Positions 29,255 to 39,158 of a stretch of DNA of 64,000 nt are shown here, piece after piece. The notes under the pieces were generated by a model. That model was not told the DNA's origin and made no database searches. It saw only the letters and a program-made list of their open reading frames with translations. The translations under genes and the position numbers were made by a program. The stretch lies in assembly GCA_026188615.1 (NCBI GenBank), contig GCA_026188615.1_4525.1; one strand, given 5' to 3'. Position 1 is the stretch's first letter; each line of letters opens with the position of its first letter. Source of the DNA: a phage.

Positions 29255-29545
29255 TCAATCTTCTATGATATCAGAGTCATATCCTAATGAAATCAAGGAC
29301 TTTTTAAACTCTGCAATATTCTTTTGTTTCTTATCATTTAAAAATATGACAGGATAACGAATATTAAGTGAAGTGAATCCTGCACGTTTAGCAAGAGATA
29401 CGATTAAAGGACGGTCATATTCAATCTTACCATTATTAGTGAGGACTTTATAAAATGTATAAGGAGCATTGAGCTCCTTTAAAAGTTTTGTAACAGTATA
29501 ACATCCTGGACAACGTCCAACTTCTTCAGGGATGCCATAAATTTC
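29255..29545 (-). CDS. glutaredoxin/NrdH-like redoxin (start uncertain)
   Basis: CPGCYTV CxxC motif in thioredoxin-fold context IYGIPEEVGRCPGCY...; upstream part of track ORF overlaps 29544..29861. Confidence 0.45.
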   Translation of the reverse strand, partial: EIYGIPEEVGRCPGCYTVTKLLKELNAPYTFYKVLTNNGKIEYDRPLIVSLAKRAGFTSLNIRYPVIFLNDKKQKNIAEFKKSLISLGYDSDIIED

Positions 29546-29861
29546 AATCTTGTTCTTTAAGTTCGAGTTTTGTTCCACGAGAAATAATTCCTTGGTAAGC
29601 CCAATAAGGAGGATTAACAGAATCCTCACCAGAGTTTTCTTCAGGAAAATAAACCTGGATAACGAAGCCGGATTCATCAAAGGTAAAATAAACCGTAGGC
29701 AGTTCACCTAACAAATCGGCACGAGCGTTGATTTCTTCGAGGTCTTGTTCACGTCCAGCCCAGAAGCTTGGGTTCAGACTACATTCATAGAAATAATAGT
29801 CATTACCGAACATATCAAAACCATTCCAACTCTCTACTACATACCGCTCAAAACTAATCAT
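29544..29861 (-). CDS. hypothetical protein
   Basis: 105-aa ORF with ATG start. Confidence 0.5.
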   Translation of the reverse strand: MISFERYVVESWNGFDMFGNDYYFYECSLNPSFWAGREQDLEEINARADLLGELPTVYFTFDESGFVIQVYFPEENSGEDSVNPPYWAYQGIISRGTKLELKEQD

Positions 29862-29863
29862 AA

Positions 29864-30079
29864 TTAAGCCTTTTTATCAAGAACAGAATTCAGTTTGTTA
29901 GTAATTTTATCCAGACGCTCATTGAACTCATTATAAGATAAGCCCTTTTCTGGAGAAATTAAACTAATCACGAAAAATACACCAGTAAAAGGAATAAGAA
30001 AAATAGCTCCAACTGCCATAAACAAAAAGAACGTTACAGTTGTAAGAAAATCAGCTAAACCTTTACGAAATTTATACAT
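29864..30079 (-). CDS. small membrane protein
   Basis: 71-aa ORF, one long hydrophobic segment. Confidence 0.5.
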   Translation of the reverse strand: MYKFRKGLADFLTTVTFFLFMAVGAIFLIPFTGVFFVISLISPEKGLSYNEFNERLDKITNKLNSVLDKKA

Positions 30080-30190
30080 ATTTACCCTTAATTAATTAAC
30101 CAAGCGTTGATAAGCAAACCATATTGCGAATAAAATTCTGGACCAAAATGAAAAATCATATCATTTGTAGTATCCATAATGTAATTCAAT

Positions 30191-30661
30191 TTAATCATGT
30201 TTCCACACCCCATCGGTATTTGACCAAAGTCGCTGATTATCTGATCCTCGCCACAGCTTTTTGGTCGGAAGATTTTTCTCATACTTCCCATCAATAATAA
30301 CATCAACATATTTAAGCATTTCTAGCTGTTTAATATCTTCAAACTTATATCCTGTCCACAACCAAATGCTTTTATTGGGATAAAGATTTTTAATAGTTTG
30401 AACCACAGAGTGAATCACATCTCTGTTATCAGGATAGAGAGGGTCACCTCCGGTTATAGTCAATCCTTCTATATAATCATTATTCAAACATTCAATTAAT
30501 TGTTCTAGTGTTTCACCAGTGAATGGAATACCATTTCTAGCATTCCATGTTGATTTATTATAACACCCTTCGCATTTATGCAAACAACCTGTAACGAAAA
30601 GAACGACCCTGCAACCAGGGCCATTCACAAAATCGCAAGGATAAAATCTATCATAATTCAT
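30191..30661 (-). CDS. nrdG: anaerobic ribonucleotide reductase activating protein NrdG (radical SAM)
   Basis: 156 aa; CxxxCxxC motif CLHKCEGC; size and position as T4 NrdG. Confidence 0.9.
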   Translation of the reverse strand: MNYDRFYPCDFVNGPGCRVVLFVTGCLHKCEGCYNKSTWNARNGIPFTGETLEQLIECLNNDYIEGLTITGGDPLYPDNRDVIHSVVQTIKNLYPNKSIWLWTGYKFEDIKQLEMLKYVDVIIDGKYEKNLPTKKLWRGSDNQRLWSNTDGVWKHD

Positions 30662-32475
30662 TGATGCTTAACCCTATGCATGATTTCTTTATTTTTGCCT
30701 AGATTAAATCCGCGTTCGTTCGGATTTCCCAAGTAACCGCAGGTCCTTCTTATAGTGTTCATCTTTTTAGGATCAGTTTCTCCGCAAACTGAACAAACAA
30801 ATCCGTTTTCAGTAGGAGTCATTTCATGGGTACTTCCGCATGTAAAACACTTATCTACTGGCATATTAACACCAAAATAATCTAAATGTTGTGCAGCATA
30901 ATCCCAGACAGCCTCAAGTCCCTTTAAATTGTTTTTCATATCTGGAAGTTCAACATAAGAAATGTGACCACCTGACGCAATGAAATGATATGGCGCTTCA
31001 CGAGAAATCTTTTCAAACGGAGTAATATTTTCTTCTACTGAAACATGGAAACTATTAGTGTACCAGCCTTTATCAGTGACATCCTTTACACTTCCATATT
31101 TTTCCGTGTCGAGTTTACAGAAACGATAACACAAGTTTTCAGCAGGAGTAGAATACAAGCTAAAAGCAAAACCGGTTCTTTCGGTCCACTGTTTAAGATG
31201 AGCATTCATCTTAGTTAAAATTTCTTGTCCAATATCACGACCGACAAGAATATTCAATTCGTGAATACCAATGTATCCTAGGGACACTGAACTTCTACCG
31301 TTTTTAAATAACTCAATTATATCGTCATCAGGTTTAAGACGGACCCCGAATGCACCTTCTTGGTAAAGAATAGGAGCAACAGTCGCTTTAACCCCTTTTA
31401 AGGAACTAATTCTACACATCAAAGCTTCAAAACACAAATCCATTCGTTCATCGAACAATTCGGCAAATTTCTGTTCATTGAACTGTGTTCCAATATAAGA
31501 ATCTAATGCGATACGAGGAAGATTCAGTGTTACAACACCGAGATTATTACGTCCATCAAGAATTTCATTACCGGTCGAATCTTTCCATACGCTCAAGAAA
31601 CTACGGCAACCCATTGGAGAAACAGGAACTGAAGAACCGGTAATAGCTTTATTATTCTTAACCGAAATAATATCAGGATACATTCTTTTGCTTGCGCACT
31701 CTAGAGCAAGCTGCTTAATATCATAGTTCGGATCATCTTTATAAAGATTAACACCTTCTTCAACAAACATAACAAGCTTAGGGAAAATAGGAGTTATTCC
31801 ATCACGACCAAGACCTTTAATGCGGTTTTTAAGAATTGCCTTCTGAATCATTCGTTCAGTCCAATCGGTTCCCGTACCAAATGTAATTGTTACAAAAGGC
31901 GTTTGTCCGTTTGAACTAAAGAGAGTATTTACTTCATATTCATAAGCTTGGAATGCGTCATAGACATCTTTTTCTGTTTTGGATTGAGCATAATTCAACG
32001 CATCAGCGATTTGCCATTTTTCTGCATCTTCAACATGTTTAGCGTATGTGCGTTTAACATAAGGAGAAAGAACTTTATCGACATTCGCAAATGTAGTTCC
32101 GCCATACTGGTGTGAAGCAACTTGTGCGGTAATTTGTGCCATAATTGCAGTAGCAACGCCAATAGATTTAGGCGTTTCAATTTGAGCATTGCCTAATTTA
32201 AATCCATTCTCAAGCATCCCCTTTAAATCGACTAAACAGCAATTAGTAAATGGAAGAGCAGGAGAATAATCAATATCATGCATGTGAATGATTCCGCTTT
32301 CATGCGCATTCATAATAAAAGACGGGACCATATTTTTGGCAATGTGCTTAGACACAATACCAGCCATAAGGTCCCGTTGAGTTGGAAAAACACGAGAATC
32401 TTTATTAGCATTCTCGTTTAAAAGGTCTTTATTAGTTTTATGAATTAATCCTTCAATTTCTTTTTCAATTTTCAT
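30658..32475 (-). CDS. nrdD: anaerobic ribonucleoside-triphosphate reductase NrdD
   Basis: 605 aa uninterrupted; C-terminal Zn site CFTCGS...CSVCG and glycyl-radical motif RTCGYLG. Confidence 0.95.
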   Translation of the reverse strand: MKIEKEIEGLIHKTNKDLLNENANKDSRVFPTQRDLMAGIVSKHIAKNMVPSFIMNAHESGIIHMHDIDYSPALPFTNCCLVDLKGMLENGFKLGNAQIETPKSIGVATAIMAQITAQVASHQYGGTTFANVDKVLSPYVKRTYAKHVEDAEKWQIADALNYAQSKTEKDVYDAFQAYEYEVNTLFSSNGQTPFVTITFGTGTDWTERMIQKAILKNRIKGLGRDGITPIFPKLVMFVEEGVNLYKDDPNYDIKQLALECASKRMYPDIISVKNNKAITGSSVPVSPMGCRSFLSVWKDSTGNEILDGRNNLGVVTLNLPRIALDSYIGTQFNEQKFAELFDERMDLCFEALMCRISSLKGVKATVAPILYQEGAFGVRLKPDDDIIELFKNGRSSVSLGYIGIHELNILVGRDIGQEILTKMNAHLKQWTERTGFAFSLYSTPAENLCYRFCKLDTEKYGSVKDVTDKGWYTNSFHVSVEENITPFEKISREAPYHFIASGGHISYVELPDMKNNLKGLEAVWDYAAQHLDYFGVNMPVDKCFTCGSTHEMTPTENGFVCSVCGETDPKKMNTIRRTCGYLGNPNERGFNLGKNKEIMHRVKHQ

Positions 32476-32945
32476 TTTAAACTCTTTCTAAGCTGCTTTT
32501 TGAATGAAGCTATTAATTGTGTTTTAGTGTCAGATTCATTATATTTAAATCCTCTTTGAAGCATCTCAGTCATCATTTCCTCTTTACCTAGTCTTGAGAA
32601 CTCTTTAGTTTTGTCTGGAACAAAATTAGGATGGATATTATTATCAGAATAATCTTGTTTCAAATAAGCAAGAAGAGCTTCAAGCCATTCGAGGTAATCA
32701 ACGTTTTGACCTTTAAGACCAGAACGGTTGAACTTATGCTTCATTTGACCTTCTGCTGCGTTGCACAGGTTACATAGTAAACCACGAACCTTACCTGCTT
32801 TTGGCCCGTTTAATTCATGGTCGTGGTCAAGATGGTTACCTTGAACATCAGGGTCTAATTCACGGTGGCAAATAGGACACTTACCGTTCTGTGCATCATA
32901 AAATTTTTGTTTTTCTTCTTTATATTTTGCGCCTGATAATAACAT
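32472..32945 (-). CDS. 49: endonuclease VII gp49 (Holliday junction resolvase)
   Basis: 157 aa; KFYDAQNGKCPICxREL...HLDHDHELNGPKAGKVRGLLCNLCNAAEG matches T4 gp49. Confidence 0.95.
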   Translation of the reverse strand: MLLSGAKYKEEKQKFYDAQNGKCPICHRELDPDVQGNHLDHDHELNGPKAGKVRGLLCNLCNAAEGQMKHKFNRSGLKGQNVDYLEWLEALLAYLKQDYSDNNIHPNFVPDKTKEFSRLGKEEMMTEMLQRGFKYNESDTKTQLIASFKKQLRKSLK

Positions 32946-32980
32946 GATAAACCCTTACCTTAAATAGATAAGGGTATTTA

Positions 32981-33544
32981 TTAACTTAAACGTCTTTCTA
33001 AATATTCAATGTATTCTGCGGCTGCTTGCATCAGGTTACCTTCATAGCCGTCGTTATTTTCTTGTCCGGCTAATTTAGCTAATGCATAAGAAATTCGTTC
33101 ACCTTCGAATTCACCAAGTTTACTACCTAGCACATCCGCAATATCAGCCGAATCAATTTCTTCGAGTTCATCTATTGAATGGGATTCCCAGAAGCACCAA
33201 AGAGAAGTATCACGGTCATAGATGCAAAGTTTCTCACCTGTGTTCAACATCACTTCGTTAATGCCATGGTCGCCATAACCATCTTCGGTAGTAGTACCAA
33301 TTACCTTGATGATTGTTCCTTTCTTTAATTCAGGAAACTTGACTTGTAGTTCTTCATCTTCTTTAACAATCTTGAACCATTTACCGCGAGTTTCAGAAAT
33401 ATTCATATCAATATTCTCTATAAAAGTTACGATGAGAACGTTTAGCTTTGCGAAGCTGACGTTTAGTAGGACGAACTGTAAATGGTTGTCCAGAGAAAAA
33501 ATTAGGATCGGTTTTAATAAGCAAATACCAATCATGTTTGCCAT
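32981..33544 (-). CDS. hypothetical protein (start uncertain)
   Basis: 187-aa ORF; likely starts at internal Met MNISETRGKWFK. Confidence 0.45.
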   Translation of the reverse strand: MANMIGICLLKPILIFSLDNHLQFVLLNVSFAKLNVLIVTFIENIDMNISETRGKWFKIVKEDEELQVKFPELKKGTIIKVIGTTTEDGYGDHGINEVMLNTGEKLCIYDRDTSLWCFWESHSIDELEEIDSADIADVLGSKLGEFEGERISYALAKLAGQENNDGYEGNLMQAAAEYIEYLERRLS

Positions 33545-33578
33545 TTTTTAATAAACGGTACAATAATTTAACTTGCAT
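33408..33578 (-). CDS. hypothetical small basic protein (C-terminal VRPTKRQ motif)
   Basis: Internal start MQVKLLYRLLK...FTVRPTKRQLRKAKRSHRNFYREY; paralog of 4965..5177. Confidence 0.4.
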   Translation of the reverse strand: MQVKLLYRLLKNGKHDWYLLIKTDPNFFSGQPFTVRPTKRQLRKAKRSHRNFYREY

Positions 33579-33706
33579 AATAATCTCTTCCCATTTCCAT
33601 ATCAATTAATTCATTTATTGAAGGTTCATCATAACATGGTTCTTCGTCGTTGTAAACCGTTTCGACGTCTGGCTCGACAGTCTCCCATCGAGCAGAATAC
33701 CACGGT

Positions 33707-33916
33707 TTAACCCCGGAGTTTATTGAGCTCTTCATAATCAATCCAGGATTCTAGCCCAGATGGCAAATCAGATTCAATTTCCCAAAGAAGCTCTTCAATT
33801 TTCTGAAGACGATCTAATTCTTCAACAGGAATAGTAACCATTGATGGAGCTCTTGCTGCACTAATATCGTAAATCATATTTACCCCAGTTTGACCACACA
33901 ATCGCCATATTTCCAC
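33707..33916 (-). CDS. hypothetical protein
   Basis: 69-aa ORF. Confidence 0.45.
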   Translation of the reverse strand: MEIWRLCGQTGVNMIYDISAARAPSMVTIPVEELDRLQKIEELLWEIESDLPSGLESWIDYEELNKLRG

Positions 33917-34095
33917 TTAGAAATAGACTTTTCGCCATTAGAATAATAAACTTCGAGTTTAGCACGATTATTTTTAATTTGAATAACCTTGGCTGTCATC
34001 AAAGTTCCATACCCATAGTAAACTGCAACTTCATCACCTACATATACCGCGTTTCCACGGTAGTCATGGATATAATCAGTTCCTTTAAGCATCAT
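33880..34095 (-). CDS. hypothetical protein
   Basis: 71-aa ORF. Confidence 0.45.
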   Translation of the reverse strand: MMLKGTDYIHDYRGNAVYVGDEVAVYYGYGTLMTAKVIQIKNNRAKLEVYYSNGEKSISKWKYGDCVVKLG

Positions 34096-34355
34096 TTAAA
34101 ATATTCCCGCAGTTGATCAAATCCACCAATGTGACTTCCGTCAGGAGCAAACACTTGAGGCATAGTCAATCCAACTTGTGATTTACGTCCAAGCTTAACC
34201 AGAAGCTCAGCAATTTTTTCTTCATCGAATACACCTTTTTCTGGCATAACATTAATGAATTCAAATGGCTGTTTCTTAACAGTCAGCAATCGTTTAGCAT
34301 TATCACAATAAATGCATTTATGAATAGTAGAGTCATACCCGTACACTTTAAACAT
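34092..34355 (-). CDS. nrdC: thioredoxin/glutaredoxin NrdC
   Basis: Internal ATG MFKVYGYDSxIHKCxYCDNAKRLLTVKKQPFEFIN...PDGSHIGGFDQLREYFK matches T4 NrdC; AGGA RBS. Confidence 0.93.
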   Translation of the reverse strand: MFKVYGYDSTIHKCIYCDNAKRLLTVKKQPFEFINVMPEKGVFDEEKIAELLVKLGRKSQVGLTMPQVFAPDGSHIGGFDQLREYFK

Positions 34356-34761
34356 TATTTTTCCTTTCATCGATTAAATATGCAACGCCAAATACAATAC
34401 ATGTAATAAAACCTGTGATACAGATAGAAACCAACAACACTGTACCAAAGAACCAAATCAGGTTATCTTTAGTAGTTTGTTTGATATCCATCTCACGAAT
34501 TTCTATAGCTATCGTATCACCTTTATTCAGAAGCGTATAAAACGAAGGTGATACACGCCTGTCAAAAACTCGTCCTTGTTCATCTTTATAAACTGCAATA
34601 AATTCTAATTTAGAATATTTTCCTGTAGATTGTCCTGAGATTAATTCCACTACCTCCACAGGAATTACTTTAGTTTCCATGTAAGTATTCTGGCTGTTCC
34701 AAATGAATGGAATAATGGCAAAAACTAAAGCTGCGATAAAACAACGAAGGCTATATCTCAT
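34348..34761 (-). CDS. membrane protein
   Basis: 137-aa ORF, N- and C-terminal TM segments. Confidence 0.5.
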   Translation of the reverse strand: MRYSLRCFIAALVFAIIPFIWNSQNTYMETKVIPVEVVELISGQSTGKYSKLEFIAVYKDEQGRVFDRRVSPSFYTLLNKGDTIAIEIREMDIKQTTKDNLIWFFGTVLLVSICITGFITCIVFGVAYLIDERKNNV

Positions 34762-35066
34762 TATAATGTTCTCTCAAATTTGTGGAAGCATTTACGGCAT
34801 TTCAATTTCAAGTTATCACTGGTCCAGTTAACCAGTTGGACTTGGATAGTTCCACATTCCGGACACGGATGTTTTGCTGCCGATTTGGCAGCATTTTCAC
34901 GTCGTTCAACCATTTTCATTATTTCGTTCCATGCTGGAGGAACGAACTCTTCTTCACCATGAATTTTATCTCGCTGAACAAATTCAATCTTTGAACTATC
35001 ATCAATAAACTTAACTAAGCCATGATTAGTGCTCATATCAATATCCTCTAGAAGACGTAGGTTCAT
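34761..35066 (-). CDS. zinc-ribbon protein
   Basis: 101 aa; CPECG...CRKC. Confidence 0.5.
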   Translation of the reverse strand: MNLRLLEDIDMSTNHGLVKFIDDSSKIEFVQRDKIHGEEEFVPPAWNEIMKMVERRENAAKSAAKHPCPECGTIQVQLVNWTSDNLKLKCRKCFHKFERTL

Positions 35067-36013
35067 TATAACACCTCAATGGCATTTCGTAAACCATCCG
35101 CTTTCGCGTTCAGAGCTTTTAACGATTTAGTCTGTTCTTTAATCTGGGCTTCGACTTCTTTAAGACGAGATTTGAGATATTCACGTTCTTCGCTCAAGTT
35201 GTCAACTTTTTCTACTTTAGGTTCTTTAATAGTCTTAAGTTTATACTCGTTAGGGTTCTTCAACTTAATTTGAATGCGAGAACTGAATAACATCGAACCG
35301 TTATCTTCGGTTTCGTCATACATTTCTACTACGTCCATGATTCTTAACATCATGCGAAGTTTATAAGACAGCGAACGAACGGTTTTATTGTGCTTCTTAA
35401 TTTCTTCAGCTTTCATGGTGCCGAGATTACGTGAGTAGTAATAAGGAACCTGGATATCAATTGACAATGATGCGTTACCATTACCTGTTGGTTTGAATAC
35501 TGCAGTAACCCAATCTTTAACATGAACTTTATTTGTACGATCATCGCCACCAGTGAATAATTTACGAGAATGTTTAAAAAGCATATTCACTTGGTTATTG
35601 AATTCACAAGCAAATTTATCAGCAAATTTAGTTTCAGGAATGGTAGATAACCAATCAGCCAAATGAGTCTTTTTAACATCATTAACAATAGTGAATTCAA
35701 CCAAATCGGTTTTAGATGTCACAGATTTAATAAAGCTCGGCTTCATAAAGTTTTTAATGTTATCGCGAGCTACAGTAGAAGATAATAAACGAGAACGTTT
35801 GAACCATTGAAGCAGCGTCCCTAATGAATGAGAATATGCATTTTGAGTATCTTTACAGATATGATTTTCTTGGCCTGTGTATGTAAGAAAATCACGAAGA
35901 ATACTATAAACCACACCTTTATGTGGAACATCAGTCCAAGCACCAGTAGCACGTTGAGCGTGAGCGTTAGCGATAAGACCGGCAAAGTATTCAATGTAAT
36001 GTGAACGTGTCAT
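35066..36013 (-). CDS. hypothetical protein with C-terminal coiled coil
   Basis: 315-aa ORF; strong early promoter upstream. Confidence 0.6.
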   Translation of the reverse strand: MTRSHYIEYFAGLIANAHAQRATGAWTDVPHKGVVYSILRDFLTYTGQENHICKDTQNAYSHSLGTLLQWFKRSRLLSSTVARDNIKNFMKPSFIKSVTSKTDLVEFTIVNDVKKTHLADWLSTIPETKFADKFACEFNNQVNMLFKHSRKLFTGGDDRTNKVHVKDWVTAVFKPTGNGNASLSIDIQVPYYYSRNLGTMKAEEIKKHNKTVRSLSYKLRMMLRIMDVVEMYDETEDNGSMLFSSRIQIKLKNPNEYKLKTIKEPKVEKVDNLSEEREYLKSRLKEVEAQIKEQTKSLKALNAKADGLRNAIEVL

Positions 36014-36041
36014 AATATTTTCCTCTCGTTAAGATAGGTTC

Positions 36042-36071
36042 ATTATACTCCAACCATCCTTGGTTGTAAAC
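36042..36071 (-). promoter_or_regulatory. early promoter (GTTTAC-N18-TATAAT)
   Basis: Best consensus match in window; upstream of ORF 35066..36013. Confidence 0.7.
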
Positions 36072-36075
36072 TGAT

Positions 36076-37035
36076 TTATGATTTTAATGCATTCATTGCG
36101 TTAAAAAGTTTAGAGTACTGCAACTGGAGATTGGTCACCACCTGTTGAGCATCACGAAGCTTAGCTTGTGCTTTGTCAAGTTCAACGGACAGTTGGTCTA
36201 CAGTAGCCTTGATTTGGTTGTAATGATAATCTTCGGCCGGAAGAAGGTCATTAGAAACATTTAGTTTTACTGCCGACAGTTTGCACACATTTGGCAAACC
36301 TTTAAACATACCAGATTGTGCTGGAGAATATGCGCCTAGAACCTCTGCATTACCGACTGGTGTTGCTGTAATATTGCCTTCAAACAATGCATTTTCCTTT
36401 TTAAGATTTTGATAGTATTCAGAGTCTTTGTGCCACCATGGCGCAGGAACCTTTTTACCAATAGATACACGAGCTTGGATAGCGATATGGCCCTTATTCT
36501 TGATAGGGTCGATAATATTAAGCTCACGAGAATAAATTGCTTTAATCTGGTGGATATTATCACCTAAAACTTCCAACGCTTGGTGAAATACACGAGCAAC
36601 GTTATCATTCTTAGGTTTATACGTAAGAGTGAACTCATTCTCACTGATAACCATGATTTCCAACTTATCATAAGTATATTTCAAATGTTTCATGTTAATT
36701 GCTTGAGGACGAATACGAGAAGCAATGGCCATCAGATTGTTAAGGTTATTCCGGAACTGCTTAGCGAAATATTGTCCTTCACCGCCAATACAAAAATTAC
36801 GAAGTTTCTGTTTGGCTAATAAACGGCTGAACTCACCATTTTTAATGAACTCTTTAACGGGTGTGTTAGTAACGCATTCAAATTGAGTAAACTTACGAGA
36901 AGTAATCCCATAATATGAACAGACTTCCTCAATCTCTTCAGGAGTCTTTACAGGCATACGGATAGGATTAGGTCCTGGAGTATATGCGTTCGAGGTAAAT
37001 TCTTTGATAAGTTCTTTACGTGTAATAAAAGCCAT
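36076..37035 (-). CDS. hypothetical protein with C-terminal coiled coil
   Basis: 319-aa ORF; own promoter. Confidence 0.6.
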   Translation of the reverse strand: MAFITRKELIKEFTSNAYTPGPNPIRMPVKTPEEIEEVCSYYGITSRKFTQFECVTNTPVKEFIKNGEFSRLLAKQKLRNFCIGGEGQYFAKQFRNNLNNLMAIASRIRPQAINMKHLKYTYDKLEIMVISENEFTLTYKPKNDNVARVFHQALEVLGDNIHQIKAIYSRELNIIDPIKNKGHIAIQARVSIGKKVPAPWWHKDSEYYQNLKKENALFEGNITATPVGNAEVLGAYSPAQSGMFKGLPNVCKLSAVKLNVSNDLLPAEDYHYNQIKATVDQLSVELDKAQAKLRDAQQVVTNLQLQYSKLFNAMNALKS

Positions 37036-37061
37036 TTTATATTCCTCATGTTGAAAAATTT

Positions 37062-37091
37062 ATTATACTCCAACCATCCTTGGTTGTACAT
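37062..37091 (-). promoter_or_regulatory. early-type promoter (TGTACA -35 variant, TATAAT -10)
   Basis: Near-duplicate of 36042..36071 with 1-nt change in -35. Confidence 0.5.
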
Positions 37092-38086
37092 CATTCCTTA
37101 AGAAGTTTTACTACCTGAATAAGATTAGCTCGTTCTGTTTTATTTTTACCATTTAAGCCTGCTAATCGTGAGATTTCATCGTCAGTCTGTTGAATAGTTA
37201 CATTAAGTTCGTTAATCAAAGCTTCAAAGTATTTGATTTGCTCAGCATGTTTTGATTCAAATTTCTGAACAGGAATAACGTCTTGGTTCAGTTCATCAAT
37301 AAGGTCTTTAAGAGCATCTTCTTGGTTGATATCATATTCAACTTCTTTTATTTCTTCAACGAGCTCGTCTTTATATCTAACGTCTTTTAGTCCTGGTGCT
37401 GGTCCTGAAATCTCTTCTTTAAGAGTACAAACATATCCAATACGGTATCCAATGCCGTCTCGCTTGATATCAACTTCGTCGATAAATCCACAATGTTTAA
37501 GACCAGAGCCGATTAGGTCAAAATATCCTTGACGTCGTCCTTCAAACGTTACACGAACTACTAAGACAGTTTTACCTGCAACCTTTTGAAGCTCACATTT
37601 ATAAAAGTCAGTTGAACCTGAATAACGTGGATGAGTTTTAAAGTTCATCTGACGATCTAGGCCCATTTGTAAGCGTGCTGTTACGGCCATAAAACGTGTT
37701 TGGTTCTCGTTAAGATGAGCAACAATCCATTTCAAAGGCATTTTACACTGTTCACGACCGAACAAATCAGTACGTCCTAGATTACGCAGGATGTTGTTAG
37801 AGTTAATCATCGACAGAACGTTAAGTTTATTCAGCGCGCTGAAGATTCCGTCAGCCATTGATTTTCCATAACCTTTACACGTTTTAATAAGTGCTCGCGG
37901 TAGATTAGTATAGATTTCAGATGGCATATGAAAATCAAATTTTCTAACCAGTAATTGATGAACTTGGATAGCAATTTGCTCATAATTAAGTGCTCTGCGA
38001 TCGTTATGGTCTTTAAACCACACTTTAATCTGTGAAGCACATAAACCGTTAATTTCATGTTTTACCGCATCAGATGTAATGCTCAT
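37091..38086 (-). CDS. hypothetical protein with C-terminal coiled coil
   Basis: 331-aa ORF. Confidence 0.6.
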   Translation of the reverse strand: MSITSDAVKHEINGLCASQIKVWFKDHNDRRALNYEQIAIQVHQLLVRKFDFHMPSEIYTNLPRALIKTCKGYGKSMADGIFSALNKLNVLSMINSNNILRNLGRTDLFGREQCKMPLKWIVAHLNENQTRFMAVTARLQMGLDRQMNFKTHPRYSGSTDFYKCELQKVAGKTVLVVRVTFEGRRQGYFDLIGSGLKHCGFIDEVDIKRDGIGYRIGYVCTLKEEISGPAPGLKDVRYKDELVEEIKEVEYDINQEDALKDLIDELNQDVIPVQKFESKHAEQIKYFEALINELNVTIQQTDDEISRLAGLNGKNKTERANLIQVVKLLKE

Positions 38087-38148
38087 AACTATTTCCTCAG
38101 ATTGAATTGGAACTCAAAACCATTATAACCCGTCCTTGGGTAAAGCGT

Positions 38149-38673
38149 TTATGCGTGAACCGTCTTTAAACGTTCTTCAAATTTCCGAAGAAGTGCTTGG
38201 CGTTCTGCTCGTTGTTCCGTATAAGTTTTAATACGACCTGAAGTGAGGGCGTATTGTTCGTTTACCGATTCCTTCATAAAATCAGGAATCTCACGACAAG
38301 CTTTTATTTCGTCGAACTTGTCAATAACTGCTTGTTGTTCTGCAATCAGATTGTTGTAGTATTCGATATCTGATTTAATGTTTTGGATATCAGACTCAGT
38401 AGGCATGTTACGTGCTTTACGTTTTGCCTGATACTCTGCGTTTGTAGCACGACTCCAGTGAAGAGTACGTTTTTTGTTAGTGTTTTTATAGACTTCCAAA
38501 ATCCCAACTGAATCGATGATAACAATCCAGTTCCAACGGCTTTTGTAAATCTCTCCTCCAGAAACGGTAATCTCGTTACCGCATGCTACTTCATTAAAGA
38601 ACTTGCTTTGTGCTTCAGATTTAAATTTACCGTCGTTATAATTTACCAGGTTGAAAATATCTTTAGCGTTCAT
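38149..38673 (-). CDS. hypothetical protein
   Basis: 174-aa ORF; early promoter upstream. Confidence 0.55.
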   Translation of the reverse strand: MNAKDIFNLVNYNDGKFKSEAQSKFFNEVACGNEITVSGGEIYKSRWNWIVIIDSVGILEVYKNTNKKRTLHWSRATNAEYQAKRKARNMPTESDIQNIKSDIEYYNNLIAEQQAVIDKFDEIKACREIPDFMKESVNEQYALTSGRIKTYTEQRAERQALLRKFEERLKTVHA

Positions 38674-38700
38674 GTTTTACCTCCAGTAGTTGATAGGTCT

Positions 38701-38730
38701 ATAGTAACATGTCCATAGACCTGTGTAAAC
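38701..38730 (-). promoter_or_regulatory. early-type promoter
   Basis: GTTTAC-N18-TACTAT upstream of ORF 38149..38673. Confidence 0.5.
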
Positions 38731-38732
38731 AA

Positions 38733-39020
38733 CTAAAAGAAACTTTTTTCGGTATTTTTTCCACTGAACCAAACAGACTTCGGGATTTTTTGTAATTTTT
38801 CAGATTTAAGTTTCTCTTTTTGTTCTTTCTTATATACACCCTTGTCGTACTGGAGCATCTCTATGGCATTCTTTTGTAGACGATCTAAGGTAATTAAGGC
38901 TTTAGTTTTTCCTTTCAAGGAAGAGTCCTGGCGAACCTCCTCGCTATATTGCATCGTAGAACTAACCATACGATGAGCATACAGTTCGACTGCGGCTTTA
39001 ATTTTTTGCATAAAATCCAT
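38733..39020 (-). CDS. hypothetical protein
   Basis: 95-aa ORF. Confidence 0.45.
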   Translation of the reverse strand: MDFMQKIKAAVELYAHRMVSSTMQYSEEVRQDSSLKGKTKALITLDRLQKNAIEMLQYDKGVYKKEQKEKLKSEKLQKIPKSVWFSGKNTEKSFF

Positions 39021-39158
39021 AACATATCCTCTTTGATTTGTACATCATTATTTTTAAATATTTCTATGCCCTCAGTAGGTTCCTGGTGTCCTTCTTTGAG
39101 GTAAGCCATATGATTATTCATCTTTATGGCTTTTGTTACCTAAGAATTTCCTATAAGC

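Noticed and set aside
30088-30309. 73-aa ORF overlapping the nrdG 3' end
   Set aside because: Alternative-frame overlap with nrdG; no independent start signal
31995-32189. Minus-strand 64-aa ORF within nrdD
   Set aside because: Lies in an alternative frame inside the nrdD coding region; nrdD is strongly supported
36336-36563. Nested minus-strand ORFs inside larger genes
   Set aside because: In-frame-shifted internal ORFs without RBS; applies also to 37831..38058, 39653..39853, 43470..43679, 48347..48538, 52114..52350, 54521..54703, 56540..56848, 19343..19573, 20046..20279 and 23229..23486
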